From sequence record OL539459.1: a stretch of 51,759 nt of DNA; one strand, 5' to 3'. Source of the DNA: Escherichia phage vB_EcoD_Fulano1. The notes beneath the pieces are model-generated. The model was not told the origin of the DNA, ran no database searches, and saw only the letters and a list, made by a program, of their open reading frames with translations. The translations under genes and the position numbers were made by a program. This document shows positions 1 to 10,184 of this stretch, in pieces; position 1 is the stretch's first letter, and each line of letters opens with the position of its first letter.

Positions 1-49
1 TGCCTGCAATTTGTCTATAATGATGCTTTGTTGTAAAGGAGGGCGCATT

Positions 50-571
50 ATGGCTAAAAACGTTGAGCCAGCAGTAAAGGCTTGCAATTTTAAAAAACTA
101 TATAATAAGCAATATGGCGATATTGCAAAAATGACAAAGGCGCACAAGTACACGCCGGAACAGGTATTTGATCTGGCTGTACGTTACTTTACGTGGGCGG
201 AGGAAAACCATATACAGGCTGCGGAAACGGCATCCTTTCAGGGTGACGTATACGAAAGCAAGATTCACAAGCCGCGAGTGTTCACCTTAAACGGATTCCG
301 ATTATTCGCTGGCCTTTCTGCTTCCGTACTTGAAAAATGGCGACGTGAGCCAGGATTCAGCGATGTTATGGACTTTATCGACGGCGTTGTTTACGAGCAA
401 AAATTCCAGCTTGCTGCAAACAATATTGTTAACGCCGGATTCATTGGTAAGGAGATCGGCATTGAAAAGCCAGCTACCGTTACCATTGAGAATAACACAA
501 GCGCCAGCGTTGACGCTGTAACGGCGGAGGAAGTCAAAGAGGCGGTAATTGACATTCTGGAGAAGATATAA
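50..571 (+). CDS. terminase small subunit (T1-like)
   Basis: ORF track 11..571 trimmed to ATG 50 behind RBS AAGGAGGG (36-43); stop overlaps start of large terminase (ATGA at 571); size and position typical of TerS. Confidence 0.5.
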   Translation: MAKNVEPAVKACNFKKLYNKQYGDIAKMTKAHKYTPEQVFDLAVRYFTWAEENHIQAAETASFQGDVYESKIHKPRVFTLNGFRLFAGLSASVLEKWRREPGFSDVMDFIDGVVYEQKFQLAANNIVNAGFIGKEIGIEKPATVTIENNTSASVDAVTAEEVKEAVIDILEKI

Positions 572-2139
572 TGCTGATTTGGGAAGACTTAACAGCGGCG
601 CAAAAACGCGCCGTTAAGGAAATGAGCGAATATTCATTCGAAAAGATGATCCGCATTTGGTTTCAATTATTGCAAGGTCAGAAATTCTTAGGAAACTGGC
701 ATTTTAGCTACCTATGCAGCGAAGTTGAAAAAATCATCAAAGGAGAGTCACAGAATGTAATTTTCAACATAACGCCAGGCAGCGGTAAAACAGAGATATT
801 CTCGATCCATATGTCACCTTATGCGTCATTGAAAAGTAAGAAGGTGAGAAATCTCAATTTGTCGTTTAGTGATGGCCTTGTCCAGCAGAATAGCAACCGC
901 ATCAAAGAGATTATTGGTTCTCCAGAATGGCAGGAGCTATGGCCTGGAAAGCTGGCAAAGGCGAGCGCAAAGGATTTGATTGTAACCGATGGCGGCAAGG
1001 TTAAATTGCAAGTTAACTCGCGTTCTATCGGTGGTCAGGTTACTGGTCTGCGTGGAGGCTACATGGACGATGGCTTTACTGGTATGCTGGTTCTTGATGA
1101 TCCAGACAAGCCGGATGACATGCTTTCTAAGGTGAAGCGCGAAGCCGGACACATGCGCCTAAAGAACACGGTTCGATCGCGTCGAATGAAGGACACCACG
1201 CCAATTGTGATGGTTCAGCAACGCCTACACGTCAATGATTCAACATGGTTCATGACAAACGGAGGTATGGGCGGCATCCAGTTTAAGGTGGTTAGTATTC
1301 CGGCGCTCGTTACTAAGGAATATCGCGAAACTCTTCCTGATTGGTTAAGGCATGAGTTTGATCGCGATGTTTTGTCCAGCAAGCCAGTAATGATTGATGG
1401 AGTTGCTCATTATTCATTCTGGCCTGCTAAGGAAAGCGCGGAGGAATTACTTGCACTTCGCAATGCTGATCCGTACACGTTCGCTAGTCAGTATCAGCAA
1501 CAGCCTGTTGCGCTTGGCGGTAACGTGTTTAAAACAGAGTGGTTTCAGTATTACGGCAGCAGCGAGAAATGCACGCTACCAAAACCGGATCGCTTTGAAT
1601 ATACATTTATCACGGTTGATACCGCACAGAAAACAGGGGAGCTTAACGACTACTCCGTGATCTGTTATTGGGGGATGTATAAAGATCGCGTTTACTTCAT
1701 TGATGGTGTTCGCGGAAAATGGGAAGCACCAGACCTTGAGACTAATTTTGTTGCGTTCGTTAATCAGTGCTGGAAGCGCAATAAAGAATGCGGAACGTTG
1801 CGAAGGATTCATGTTGAAGATAAATCGTCTGGCACTGGTTTGATTCAGAGTGCAGCGAAAAAAATAATGATCAAGATCAATCCCGTTCAGCGTGATAAAG
1901 ACAAGGTTACTCGCGCAATGGACGCAGCGCCAGTAATGCGCGCCGGACGCGTAGCACTTCCAGAATCGCATCATATGCTGGCTGAGATACTTGCGGAGGT
2001 TGCGGCTTTTGCTTATGATGATTCAGCGCCACACGATGATATTGTGGATACTATAATTGACGCTGTAAACATTGAGCTTAACCTTGCTGATGATGCCGTT
2101 GGTCGAATGAAAAAATTGGCAGGTTTGCGGAACAAATAG
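571..2139 (+). CDS. terminase large subunit
   Basis: 522 aa; P-loop PGSGKT near N-terminus; acidic C-terminal half (DDSAPHDDIVDT) consistent with nuclease domain; first large gene of structural module. Confidence 0.8.
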   Translation: MLIWEDLTAAQKRAVKEMSEYSFEKMIRIWFQLLQGQKFLGNWHFSYLCSEVEKIIKGESQNVIFNITPGSGKTEIFSIHMSPYASLKSKKVRNLNLSFSDGLVQQNSNRIKEIIGSPEWQELWPGKLAKASAKDLIVTDGGKVKLQVNSRSIGGQVTGLRGGYMDDGFTGMLVLDDPDKPDDMLSKVKREAGHMRLKNTVRSRRMKDTTPIVMVQQRLHVNDSTWFMTNGGMGGIQFKVVSIPALVTKEYRETLPDWLRHEFDRDVLSSKPVMIDGVAHYSFWPAKESAEELLALRNADPYTFASQYQQQPVALGGNVFKTEWFQYYGSSEKCTLPKPDRFEYTFITVDTAQKTGELNDYSVICYWGMYKDRVYFIDGVRGKWEAPDLETNFVAFVNQCWKRNKECGTLRRIHVEDKSSGTGLIQSAAKKIMIKINPVQRDKDKVTRAMDAAPVMRAGRVALPESHHMLAEILAEVAAFAYDDSAPHDDIVDTIIDAVNIELNLADDAVGRMKKLAGLRNK

Positions 2140-2153
2140 CACGAATCGACAAA
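2136..2153 (+). promoter_or_regulatory. recurrent element, variant ATAGCACGAATCGACAAA
   Basis: overlaps TerL stop TAG; TATATAAT follows. Confidence 0.3.
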
Positions 2154-2168
2154 CCAATATATAATCAA

Positions 2169-2193
2169 AGGCTGGTGAATCCAGCCTTTTTTA
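2169..2193 (+). terminator. intrinsic terminator
   Basis: stem AGGCTGG/CCAGCCT, loop TGAAT, T-run. Confidence 0.6.
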
Positions 2194-2207
2194 TTGGAGG
2201 AAAGATA

Positions 2208-3488
2208 ATGAGTAAATCACGAATCGTTAAGGCTGATGGCTATAACGAGATCTTTAAAGGCGAGAATTGCAAATCGCGAGTAGAGCAACCATTCTACATG
2301 CAATCAATGCCATACAAGACACTTGCTGACTTTTACGAAAAAGACGGCCTGGCAAAAAGGGTTATTGACGTAGTACCAGAGGAAATGGTTTCCCCTGGCT
2401 TCACGGTTGACGGCGTGGCAGACGAGGCAGCATTCCGTTCTTTGTGGGATGAGAAGCGATTGAATGCAAAAATTATTGATGCGCTTTGCTGGTCGCGTTT
2501 GTTTGGCGGATCTGCAATCATTGCTCTTGTTCAGGATGGGCGGGCGCTCAAATCACCTGTAAAGCCTGGTGCCACGCTGGAAGACGTGCGCGTTTACGAT
2601 CGTTATCAGATTCGCGTTGAAGCGCGAGAAACAAATCCCCGCAAGGTTCGCTATGGTGAGCCAGTGCTTTACACTGTAACGCCAGGAGGAGACTTGCCGG
2701 AATACCAGGTACACTACACGCGCGTTTGCATTATCGACGGTGAGCGGATACCTAACGCAAAGCGACGCAGCAATGACGGCTGGGGTGAGTCAGTTCTTAA
2801 CAAGCGGCTTGTTGAGGCTATTGTTGATTATAACTATTGTGAAACATTAGCTACGCAATTATTGCGAAGAAAACAACAGGCAGTATGGAAGGCCAAAGGT
2901 CTTGCTGACTTGTGCGATGATGAGGAGGGTGTTAGCGCGGCACGCTTGAGACTTGCGCAGGTTGACGACGAGGGCGGCGTTGGCAAGGCCATTGGTATTG
3001 ATGCTGAGGATGAGGAATATGATGTTCTTAACTCTGACATTAGCGGCGTTGATTCTTTTCTGGAAAAGAAAATGGATCGCATCGTTTCCCTTTCAGGTAT
3101 TCATGAAATCATCCTGAAAAATAAAAACGTTGGCGGAGTTAGCGCAAGCCAAAACACGGCGCTTGAAACATTCTATAAACTTATTGAGCGAAAACGCGTC
3201 GAGGATTACAAGCCTATCCTTGAATTTCTATTGCCGTTCATCATTAGTGAGCAGGAATGGAGCATTGAGTTTTCACCTTTGAGCGTACCTAGCGATAAAG
3301 ATCAGGCTGAAATTCTGAATAAGAATATCGACTCAATCAGCAAGGCTATTGATGGTCAGTTCCTTGATGTTGAAGAAGCGCGCGACACGTTGCGAGCAAT
3401 CGCACCAAGCGTTAAACTAAAGGACACCAATAAAATCAAGCTGCCGGAGCCAACTGAGCCGGAGCCAGGCACACAGGGGAATGAGTAA
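2208..3488 (+). CDS. portal protein
   Basis: ORF track 2175..3488 trimmed to ATG 2208 behind GGAGG (2196-2200); ~430 aa gene directly after terminase, acidic C-terminus; position-based call. Confidence 0.65.
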   Translation: MSKSRIVKADGYNEIFKGENCKSRVEQPFYMQSMPYKTLADFYEKDGLAKRVIDVVPEEMVSPGFTVDGVADEAAFRSLWDEKRLNAKIIDALCWSRLFGGSAIIALVQDGRALKSPVKPGATLEDVRVYDRYQIRVEARETNPRKVRYGEPVLYTVTPGGDLPEYQVHYTRVCIIDGERIPNAKRRSNDGWGESVLNKRLVEAIVDYNYCETLATQLLRRKQQAVWKAKGLADLCDDEEGVSAARLRLAQVDDEGGVGKAIGIDAEDEEYDVLNSDISGVDSFLEKKMDRIVSLSGIHEIILKNKNVGGVSASQNTALETFYKLIERKRVEDYKPILEFLLPFIISEQEWSIEFSPLSVPSDKDQAEILNKNIDSISKAIDGQFLDVEEARDTLRAIAPSVKLKDTNKIKLPEPTEPEPGTQGNE

Positions 3489-4252
3489 TGAAAGTGAAGG
3501 GCGTCGTTAAACAATGGCGCTTTCCTGAAGCAAGCGAGCGGCAATTTAGCCGCTCAATTCAGGAGGCAATTAGAGAACTTGTAGTTCTCATGCGCAAGCG
3601 AACAAAAGCGATGAAGTTTGATGCAACAGATAATGAGATCAACAGCGCAGAAGATGAAATTAACAGCCTGGCAACTGACCTTATAGCTGGCATTGTTTCA
3701 ACTCTTCCCGCAATCGCGTTGACAATTTATAAATTCAATGCGAAGCAGTTTATCAATGTTGCCAAGTCAACTGGCGGAAAGGATAATACGGCGGTAATTG
3801 TTTTGATCGCGGTTGGCGCTAACGCTAACGAGGACTGGTATCAGACGCTATACGGTCAATGGCACGGGCTTACAGAATCATCGCTAAGGAAGTTATTCAC
3901 AAACATTGTTTCTGATTGGTCAACAAACATTCGAAATGCAAACTTTCGCGGAAGCAATGATAAACAGGTTAATGATCTTGCAGAAAAGAGATTTGCTGTT
4001 TATAGCTCTTGGGGTAAAACGAGATCAGAAAACATTATCGGCGCGTGGAATAGTCGCCTGATGCGCCAGCGCCTTTATGATGCTAAGGTGACTCATTATT
4101 TCTGGCATGGAATGTTAGATGATAGAGAGCGATTGCAGCATGTGTTATGGGAAGGTAAAAGAATAGCGCTTGATGCAATTCATGATTTCCCTGGTGAGCC
4201 GTGGGGTTGCCGTTGCTGGGCGATTCCAGATTGGAATAATAAAGGAGAGTAA
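3488..4252 (+). CDS. head morphogenesis / minor capsid protein (SPP1 gp7 / Mu F-like)
   Basis: 254 aa, start overlaps portal stop (TAATG); position after portal. Confidence 0.5.
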   Translation: MKVKGVVKQWRFPEASERQFSRSIQEAIRELVVLMRKRTKAMKFDATDNEINSAEDEINSLATDLIAGIVSTLPAIALTIYKFNAKQFINVAKSTGGKDNTAVIVLIAVGANANEDWYQTLYGQWHGLTESSLRKLFTNIVSDWSTNIRNANFRGSNDKQVNDLAEKRFAVYSSWGKTRSENIIGAWNSRLMRQRLYDAKVTHYFWHGMLDDRERLQHVLWEGKRIALDAIHDFPGEPWGCRCWAIPDWNNKGE

Positions 4253-4255
4253 TTA

Positions 4256-5368
4256 ATGAAGGCAAAACAAAGATTTGATAGCGTCCAGGTTAAGGCGCAT
4301 TTTGATGATAATGGCTTTTTAGTGGATCGCCCAATTGTGGCGCGAATTGGTTTGCAGGAGTACCGCACACCGTATGGAATCAGACGAGAGTTCCGACCAG
4401 CGTCAGAAGTGTTTAAGGCGGATTCGCTTGCTACGTTCGCAGGCAAGCCGATCACTATCGGTCACGTCACAGTGACGCCAGATAATGCGGATCAGGTTGT
4501 TGTTGGTTCATGCGCTGGTGCTGGTGTTCCAAATGGTGTTGGCGTTGAAGTTCCGTTAAGTATTTACTCAAAGCGAGCAATTGAGAGCGCAAAAAAGAAA
4601 GACACGGCGGAAATTTCAGTTGGTTACACATCAATTGATATTGATAAACCAGGTTGGGGTAATAATAAAACTGGCGATTACTTGTTTGAGGAAGACATTA
4701 AGGAAGACTGGAAGCCTGATTCCCCTGATTGGGTTAAATTTGACGCCATTCAGACGAATATCCGTGTTAATCACATTGCACTTGTCTTTCGTGGTCGTGC
4801 TGGCATTGCCAAATTAAATCTTGATAGTGAACAAGATTTTCCGTATAGTGACGAGGTTCTAAATGACAAAGGAGATGAGGAAATGACAGTAAAAATTAAA
4901 CTTGATGGCGCGGTAGAATTTGATGTTCCAAAGGCCGTTGCTGATCATATTGAGGCGTTAAAGGCAGATGCAAAAGCTGCAACAGAAAAAGCTGATGGCC
5001 TTGAGGCCGAGCGCGACGCCCTGAAAACTAAAGTCGATGGCATTCCGGCGCAGATTGCAGAAGCTGTTAAGAAGGCAAAGACTGACGCAGAAGAGCACGC
5101 CAAGCTAGTTGCAGATGCAACTGAAATTGGCATCAAGTGTGACGGCTTGGATGCTAAAGCGATCAAAGTTGCTTACGTCAAAGAAGTCACTGGCGCTGAT
5201 ATTTCAGAAAAAGCCGATGCATATATTGAAACAGCTTTTGACCTTGCGAAGCAGTCTGATAAAATGGCGGCGCAGCGTAAATCTGTTAAGGGCGATTCTT
5301 TCGGGTCTGGCAAGAATGAAAAAACCGACTCCCTTGATCCGACTGCGCGTTTGAAAAAACTTAAATAA
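4256..5368 (+). CDS. putative capsid scaffold-like protein
   Basis: 370 aa; globular N-terminal half followed by long Ala/Lys/Glu-rich coiled-coil-like C-terminal half; lies between head morphogenesis gene and capsid gene. Confidence 0.45.
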   Translation: MKAKQRFDSVQVKAHFDDNGFLVDRPIVARIGLQEYRTPYGIRREFRPASEVFKADSLATFAGKPITIGHVTVTPDNADQVVVGSCAGAGVPNGVGVEVPLSIYSKRAIESAKKKDTAEISVGYTSIDIDKPGWGNNKTGDYLFEEDIKEDWKPDSPDWVKFDAIQTNIRVNHIALVFRGRAGIAKLNLDSEQDFPYSDEVLNDKGDEEMTVKIKLDGAVEFDVPKAVADHIEALKADAKAATEKADGLEAERDALKTKVDGIPAQIAEAVKKAKTDAEEHAKLVADATEIGIKCDGLDAKAIKVAYVKEVTGADISEKADAYIETAFDLAKQSDKMAAQRKSVKGDSFGSGKNEKTDSLDPTARLKKLK

Positions 5369-5380
5369 GGAGAAATAAAC

Positions 5381-5893
5381 ATGGCTACAATTGGAGCAAG
5401 TTATTTTGCTGTAATGTCTCGTGCGTTACCTGGTCAGGTTTCTGACACTTCAGCTTATAATATTGATGGCGCTTGTGTTCTTGAGAATGCGGCAGGCAAT
5501 CAGAATCAGTCTGTTTTTGTTGGTGTGGCGGTCCAGCATGGCGGCGTTGATGCGATGGGTAATAAACTGATCAAGCCTATGGCGGCAAGCGGCAAGGCTT
5601 ACGGTGTTGCAATTCGATCCCACTTCCAGACGACTTCGGCTGACGGTCGAATGATTTATGAGTCTGGCGGCGGAATCAACGTAATGACTGAGGGGCGTGT
5701 TTGGATGTTGGCTAAAGACGCTTCCGCGCCAGCGTTCGGCACTACAATCAAGCTGTCTAATGATGGTCAGGTTGATACAGGGTCTGGCACTATCGAAACA
5801 AACTGGATCGCAACTGGTGACTTTACCGAGTTTCAAGACTTGAAGCTGGTAGAGGTTCAGGTGCAAAAAGTTCCGGCAGTTTCTGCTGGTTAA
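5381..5893 (+). CDS. capsid-associated structural protein, paralog 1 (decoration-like)
   Basis: 170 aa; shares motifs VGVAV and GRVWxL...DAxAPxxG...G(D/N)WIxTG with the next gene; RBS AAGGAG upstream. Confidence 0.4.
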   Translation: MATIGASYFAVMSRALPGQVSDTSAYNIDGACVLENAAGNQNQSVFVGVAVQHGGVDAMGNKLIKPMAASGKAYGVAIRSHFQTTSADGRMIYESGGGINVMTEGRVWMLAKDASAPAFGTTIKLSNDGQVDTGSGTIETNWIATGDFTEFQDLKLVEVQVQKVPAVSAG

Positions 5894-5900
5894 TAAATAT

Positions 5901-5924
5901 GGCGCTCACTGAGCGCCTTTTTTA
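5901..5924 (+). terminator. intrinsic terminator
   Basis: stem GGCGCTC/GAGCGCC then T6. Confidence 0.7.
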
Positions 5925-5938
5925 TATTTGGAGTTATC

Positions 5939-6373
5939 ATGAGTGATTATTCAGTCATTGTTGGCGCTGAGTCGCCAGGGTGCATGGTCGATTCTTCAAT
6001 AATGGTGATTAACGGATCTTTCGTGTGCGGAGATGAATTTATTGAGCCAGGTAAGATTGTGCGACTATCACATATAACAAGTGGATACAAAATAGCAAGT
6101 GTTAATGGGGATCTTGTTATTGGCGTGGCGGTAAGGCCACCGGACTCGTGTATATATGAGGAAGGAGATCCAGTTAATGTAGCAAGTCTAGGCAGGGTGT
6201 GGTGCTTAACGCCTGAGAGAGATGCTCCAGAATACGGAGATAAGGTGTTTGTAACGCAAGATGGTGATGCGTCATACAGTGAAGGCGACTTACTGAGCGG
6301 TTGGATCTTTACTGGCGAACATGTAAAGGTTGATCATGATTCATATATTGTCGGGGTAAGCATTAGCGCATAA
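5939..6373 (+). CDS. capsid-associated structural protein, paralog 2
   Basis: 144 aa; paralogous to 5381..5893 (IGVAV, LGRVWCL, GWIFTGE); preceded by terminator and RBS. Confidence 0.4.
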   Translation: MSDYSVIVGAESPGCMVDSSIMVINGSFVCGDEFIEPGKIVRLSHITSGYKIASVNGDLVIGVAVRPPDSCIYEEGDPVNVASLGRVWCLTPERDAPEYGDKVFVTQDGDASYSEGDLLSGWIFTGEHVKVDHDSYIVGVSISA

Positions 6374-6392
6374 CACAAAATTATGTTGCACG

Positions 6393-6410
6393 TTTAACAA
6401 AAAATGCTAT
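6393..6410 (-). promoter_or_regulatory. recurrent element (reverse orientation) TTTAACAAAAAATGCTAT
   Basis: upstream of major capsid gene but antisense to it. Confidence 0.3.
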
Positions 6411-6456
6411 CATTGGGGCGTTACATACTAACAGCCTTTATATATGGAGGAAGAAA

Positions 6457-7431
6457 ATGGAAAAAGAAAAATTTGATCAGCTAGATGCGGATATTGTTTC
6501 TAGCCATCTGGCTACTCGCGGCGTTAAGGGTGATGCTTCTGATATGGGTATCTGGACGGCGCAAGAGCTTCACAAGATCCGCTCAACTGCTTACGAGAAA
6601 GAGTATCCGGCAGGTTCAGCGCTTCGTGTGTTCCCTGTAACTAATGAGCTTTCTGATACTGATAAGACTTTTGAATATCAGATGTTTGACAAGGTTGGTT
6701 ACGCAAAAATTATCGCTGATTACACCGACGATCTGCCAACTGTTGACGCTTTAATGTCAAGCGAGTTTGGCAAGGTGTTCCGCCTGGGTAACGCGTTCTT
6801 GATCTCCATTGACGAAATCAAGGCTGGTCAGCGCACTGGTAAGAGCCTTTCCACTCGCAAGGCAAACGCAGCGCAAAACGCTCATGATCAGGAAGTTAAC
6901 CGCCTGGTGTTTAAGGGTTCAAAGCCGCATAAGATTATTTCGGTGTTTGAACACCCTAACCTGACAAAGATCGTGTCAACTGGATGGTTGAGCAACGATG
7001 AGAACACCAAGTTCCCCGAGACGGCTTCGGACGATCTTGAAAAGGCGATCGAAACCATCGAGAAGATCACGAATGGTCAGCACCGCGCAACCAATATCCT
7101 GATCCCGCCGTCAATGCGCAAGGTTCTTTCCGTTCGAATGGAAAACACCACTGAAAGTTATCTGGAATACTTCCAGAAACAAAACAGCGGAATCACCATC
7201 GACTCAATCGCAGAGCTTGAGGATATTGATGGCACTGGAACGAAAGGTTGCCTGGTATATGAGAAAGACCCGATGAACATGTCGATCGAAATTCCAGAAG
7301 CATTTAACATGCTTCCTGCGCAACCAAAAGATCTGCATTTCAAAGTTCCGTGTACTTCAAAATGTACTGGCCTGACGATTTACCGTCCGTTTACGCTAGT
7401 TCTTATTACTGGCTTGAAAAAATCAGGTTAA
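6457..7431 (+). CDS. major capsid protein
   Basis: 324 aa; RBS GGAGGA; followed by strong terminator; position and size typical of T1-like major capsid protein. Confidence 0.7.
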   Translation: MEKEKFDQLDADIVSSHLATRGVKGDASDMGIWTAQELHKIRSTAYEKEYPAGSALRVFPVTNELSDTDKTFEYQMFDKVGYAKIIADYTDDLPTVDALMSSEFGKVFRLGNAFLISIDEIKAGQRTGKSLSTRKANAAQNAHDQEVNRLVFKGSKPHKIISVFEHPNLTKIVSTGWLSNDENTKFPETASDDLEKAIETIEKITNGQHRATNILIPPSMRKVLSVRMENTTESYLEYFQKQNSGITIDSIAELEDIDGTGTKGCLVYEKDPMNMSIEIPEAFNMLPAQPKDLHFKVPCTSKCTGLTIYRPFTLVLITGLKKSG

Positions 7432-7444
7432 TCGTATAACATTG

Positions 7445-7474
7445 GGGAATCCTTAACTGGATTCCCTTTTTTTA
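7445..7474 (+). terminator. intrinsic terminator after major capsid gene
   Basis: stem GGGAATCC/GGATTCCC then T7. Confidence 0.75.
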
Positions 7475-7488
7475 TTGGAGGTTATGAA

Positions 7489-7761
7489 ATGGCTAAAGAA
7501 AAAACTGTAACGCTAAAGGTTTCCGGCGTGTGCCTTATCATTGTTGATGGTGAGCATTATCATCCAGGCAAAGAGTTTGACGTAGAAGAATCAAAATTGA
7601 AAACAAGCGCGTTTGAATATCTAATTGCAAAAGGCGATCTGGAGGTTAAAGACAACTCCGCATTGAACGAAGAAATCAAACAGAGCGCAGCAAGCAAACG
7701 TAAAAAAGATCCGCGAGAGGGCAAGAGCAAAGCCGAACTTGAAGACGGCGGCATCTATTAA
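7489..7761 (+). CDS. hypothetical protein
   Basis: 90 aa ORF bracketed by terminators, RBS GGAGG. Confidence 0.45.
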   Translation: MAKEKTVTLKVSGVCLIIVDGEHYHPGKEFDVEESKLKTSAFEYLIAKGDLEVKDNSALNEEIKQSAASKRKKDPREGKSKAELEDGGIY

Positions 7762-7766
7762 TAAAG

Positions 7767-7790
7767 AGGGCGCTTATAGCGCCCTTTGTC
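7767..7790 (+). terminator. terminator-like hairpin
   Basis: stem AGGGCGC/GCGCCCT, weak U-tract TTTGTC. Confidence 0.4.
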
Positions 7791-7808
7791 ATATCTGGAG
7801 GAAACACA

Positions 7809-8225
7809 ATGGTTGATGAATTTTTCACTGACGCAGAAATCACGCAGCAAATCGTGAAATTAGCGCCACCGATGAAACAGATTGATCCAGATTTAATGGT
7901 GGCATGGATTGATCTGGCAAAGGAATTTGTTTGCAAGAAGCGGTTTAAAGAATCATATCCTAAAGCGGTTGCTCTTTATACGTTGCACCTTATGACGCTT
8001 GACGGAGCTATGAAGCAAGAGGGGGAAAGCGTAGAGAGTTACTCACGGCGCGTGGCGTCATTTTCCCTGACTGGTGAATTTAGCCAGACATTTGATCGCG
8101 TGTCCGGCGATTCAAGCGGAAAAGAGATCAGGCAAACCCCGTGGGGTAAAATGTATGAGACGTTAAATAGAAAAAAAGGCGGTGGATTTGGCCTTGTGAC
8201 TGGATTTCGGAGGCGCTGCAAATGA
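7809..8225 (+). CDS. putative head-tail adaptor
   Basis: 138 aa, RBS GGAGG, first of four translationally coupled genes between capsid and major tail. Confidence 0.45.
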   Translation: MVDEFFTDAEITQQIVKLAPPMKQIDPDLMVAWIDLAKEFVCKKRFKESYPKAVALYTLHLMTLDGAMKQEGESVESYSRRVASFSLTGEFSQTFDRVSGDSSGKEIRQTPWGKMYETLNRKKGGGFGLVTGFRRRCK

Positions 8226-8593
8226 ACTATAACGAGATCGCAAGAATGGCAACCGAAGGAATTAACTTCTTTAGTGATAGCGACGGTGAGTTTAAGTGCA
8301 TAACGCAGCGTGGAAGCGTTGAAATCATCGGAGGCGAAGAAGTAGAAAAGCCAGAGATTAGTGTAATGATTAAGGGTTTAATTAGATCACCCAAAGTCCG
8401 AGAGGTTGACGGCGAGACAATACGAGTAACCGATAAGTTGGGAGTTTTTAACAATAAAGTTGAAATTAAGAACGGGTATCATATTGATGTTGATGGTGAA
8501 TTATATGTTGTAGTTGAAGCAAGACCAATCAGACAAACCAATGTCACAGTTGCTTATCGGCCTATTTTGAGAAGGATTTCCGTGCATGGCTAA
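8222..8593 (+). CDS. putative head-tail joining protein
   Basis: 123 aa, start overlaps previous stop (ATGA). Confidence 0.4.
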   Translation: MNYNEIARMATEGINFFSDSDGEFKCITQRGSVEIIGGEEVEKPEISVMIKGLIRSPKVREVDGETIRVTDKLGVFNNKVEIKNGYHIDVDGELYVVVEARPIRQTNVTVAYRPILRRISVHG

Positions 8594-9029
8594 AAACTAC
8601 ACGATAAGGGAATTTCACGGCAACATTGATGCGTGGATAAACGCCGTTGATAGTGGACTAAAAGATTGCGTGGAATTGTTCGCCGAAAAAGTACACACAG
8701 ATTTGGTTAAGCGTTCTCCGGTAGATACTGGTCGTTACCGTGGAAACTGGCAGGTAACAGCAAATAAGCCGCCATTGTATGCGCTTAACCAGTACGATAA
8801 GCACGGAGACAAAACGATCGCGGAAGGCAAGCGCGCCATATACGCGATTTTACGAGGTGGCGGCGCAGTAAGAGCCATTTATTTTTCTAACATGCTTATT
8901 TATGCTAACGCGCTTGAGTACGGTCATTCAAAACAAGCGCCAGCGGGTGTTCTTGGGATTGTAGCGGTTAAGTTGAGATCTTATATGGCTGAAGCAATAA
9001 AAGAGTCGAGGGCTAAAAATGCACTATGA
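8586..9029 (+). CDS. tail completion protein (HK97 gp10-like)
   Basis: 147 aa; motif PVDTGRYRGNW typical of HK97 gp10 family. Confidence 0.55.
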   Translation: MAKNYTIREFHGNIDAWINAVDSGLKDCVELFAEKVHTDLVKRSPVDTGRYRGNWQVTANKPPLYALNQYDKHGDKTIAEGKRAIYAILRGGGAVRAIYFSNMLIYANALEYGHSKQAPAGVLGIVAVKLRSYMAEAIKESRAKNAL

Positions 9030-9417
9030 ATTAATGCTATCGGCGCGTAAGGCGCTGGCGACTGAATACGAAAGCAGATTCATGATCGCTTATGAAAACG
9101 TAGAGTTTACGCCACCTGGTGACGGTTCGCCGTGGTTGAAGTTTGACTATGCCGAAGTTGATACAGAATACTTGTCATTGGATCGAAAATGCGTTTCTTA
9201 TATCGGAATGATTCAGGTTGGCATTGTGTTTCCACCAGGTTACGGAACTGACAGGCCGCGCGTTCTCGCTAAAGAGATTGCGCAATTCTTTTACGATGGT
9301 AAAATGCTGGAGCATGGTTATATATATGAGGGTGCAAGAGTTCACAAGCCGCTCAAGAGTGAAAGCGGATGGCTTCTCCCTATAAGGTTTTATGTTCGAA
9401 TTGAAACAAAGGAGTAA
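9019..9417 (+). CDS. putative tail terminator protein
   Basis: 132 aa, immediately upstream of major tail gene. Confidence 0.4.
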   Translation: MHYELMLSARKALATEYESRFMIAYENVEFTPPGDGSPWLKFDYAEVDTEYLSLDRKCVSYIGMIQVGIVFPPGYGTDRPRVLAKEIAQFFYDGKMLEHGYIYEGARVHKPLKSESGWLLPIRFYVRIETKE

Positions 9418-9422
9418 AAATT

Positions 9423-10085
9423 ATGCATTTACCAAATGGATCGCAAATTTTCGTTGAGAGCAATCGCGGAAGCGAAATCCAAGCAACAGCAGTGTCAAAC
9501 GCCAAAGATCCTGTTTTCACTGTTGCATCTGGCGGCACTGCGTACAAGAAAGGTGATTATGTGATCATCACTGCGTCTTCTTGGGGTAAGCTGATTGATC
9601 GTGTTATGCGTGTAAAGGCTAACGGTGAAGAAACAAGCGTGACTCTTGAAGGTGTAGATACTACTGATCAGAACGTTTTCCCGACTGGCGGTACTGCATC
9701 TTTTGCCAAAATTGATGCATGGACTGAGATCCCTTGCGTTCAGGATTTGTCGCAGGACGGCGGCGAACAGCAATACTACACTTATCAGTGTTTGGCAGAC
9801 GATCAGGAACAGCAGTTACCTACCTATAAGAGCGCCGTTTCTCTTACCTACACTTTTGCGCACGAATACGATAACGCGATCTATCCGCTATTGCGTTCAG
9901 CAGATGAATCAGGCGCTGTAACGGCGCTTCGCATGTATGTACCAAAAGCAAAAGAGATGCGTTGCTGGGCTGGTGTCCTTTCGTTTAACGAAATCCCGCA
10001 GACCACAGTTAACGAAATGGAAACCGTTTCCCTGTCTGTATCCCTGAAAGGTCGATTCACCTTCCTACCTTCTCAAGTAGCATAA
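9423..10085 (+). CDS. major tail protein
   Basis: 220 aa, RBS AAGGAG, followed by strong terminator; position before chaperone/tape-measure genes. Confidence 0.65.
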   Translation: MHLPNGSQIFVESNRGSEIQATAVSNAKDPVFTVASGGTAYKKGDYVIITASSWGKLIDRVMRVKANGEETSVTLEGVDTTDQNVFPTGGTASFAKIDAWTEIPCVQDLSQDGGEQQYYTYQCLADDQEQQLPTYKSAVSLTYTFAHEYDNAIYPLLRSADESGAVTALRMYVPKAKEMRCWAGVLSFNEIPQTTVNEMETVSLSVSLKGRFTFLPSQVA

Positions 10086-10090
10086 TCACA

Positions 10091-10114
10091 AGGGGCGTTG
10101 CGCCCCTTTTTTTG
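10091..10114 (+). terminator. intrinsic terminator after major tail gene
   Basis: stem GGGGCG/CGCCCC then T7. Confidence 0.75.
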
Positions 10115-10152
10115 TTACTGTACAATCATGCTACACGATTCATAATCAATTC

Positions 10153-10171
10153 TTTTAACAAAAAGTGCTAT
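10153..10171 (-). promoter_or_regulatory. recurrent element (reverse orientation) TTTTAACAAAAAGTGCTAT
   Basis: between major-tail terminator and chaperone RBS; antisense to flanking genes. Confidence 0.3.
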
Positions 10172-10184
10172 CAAGGAGAAAGAA

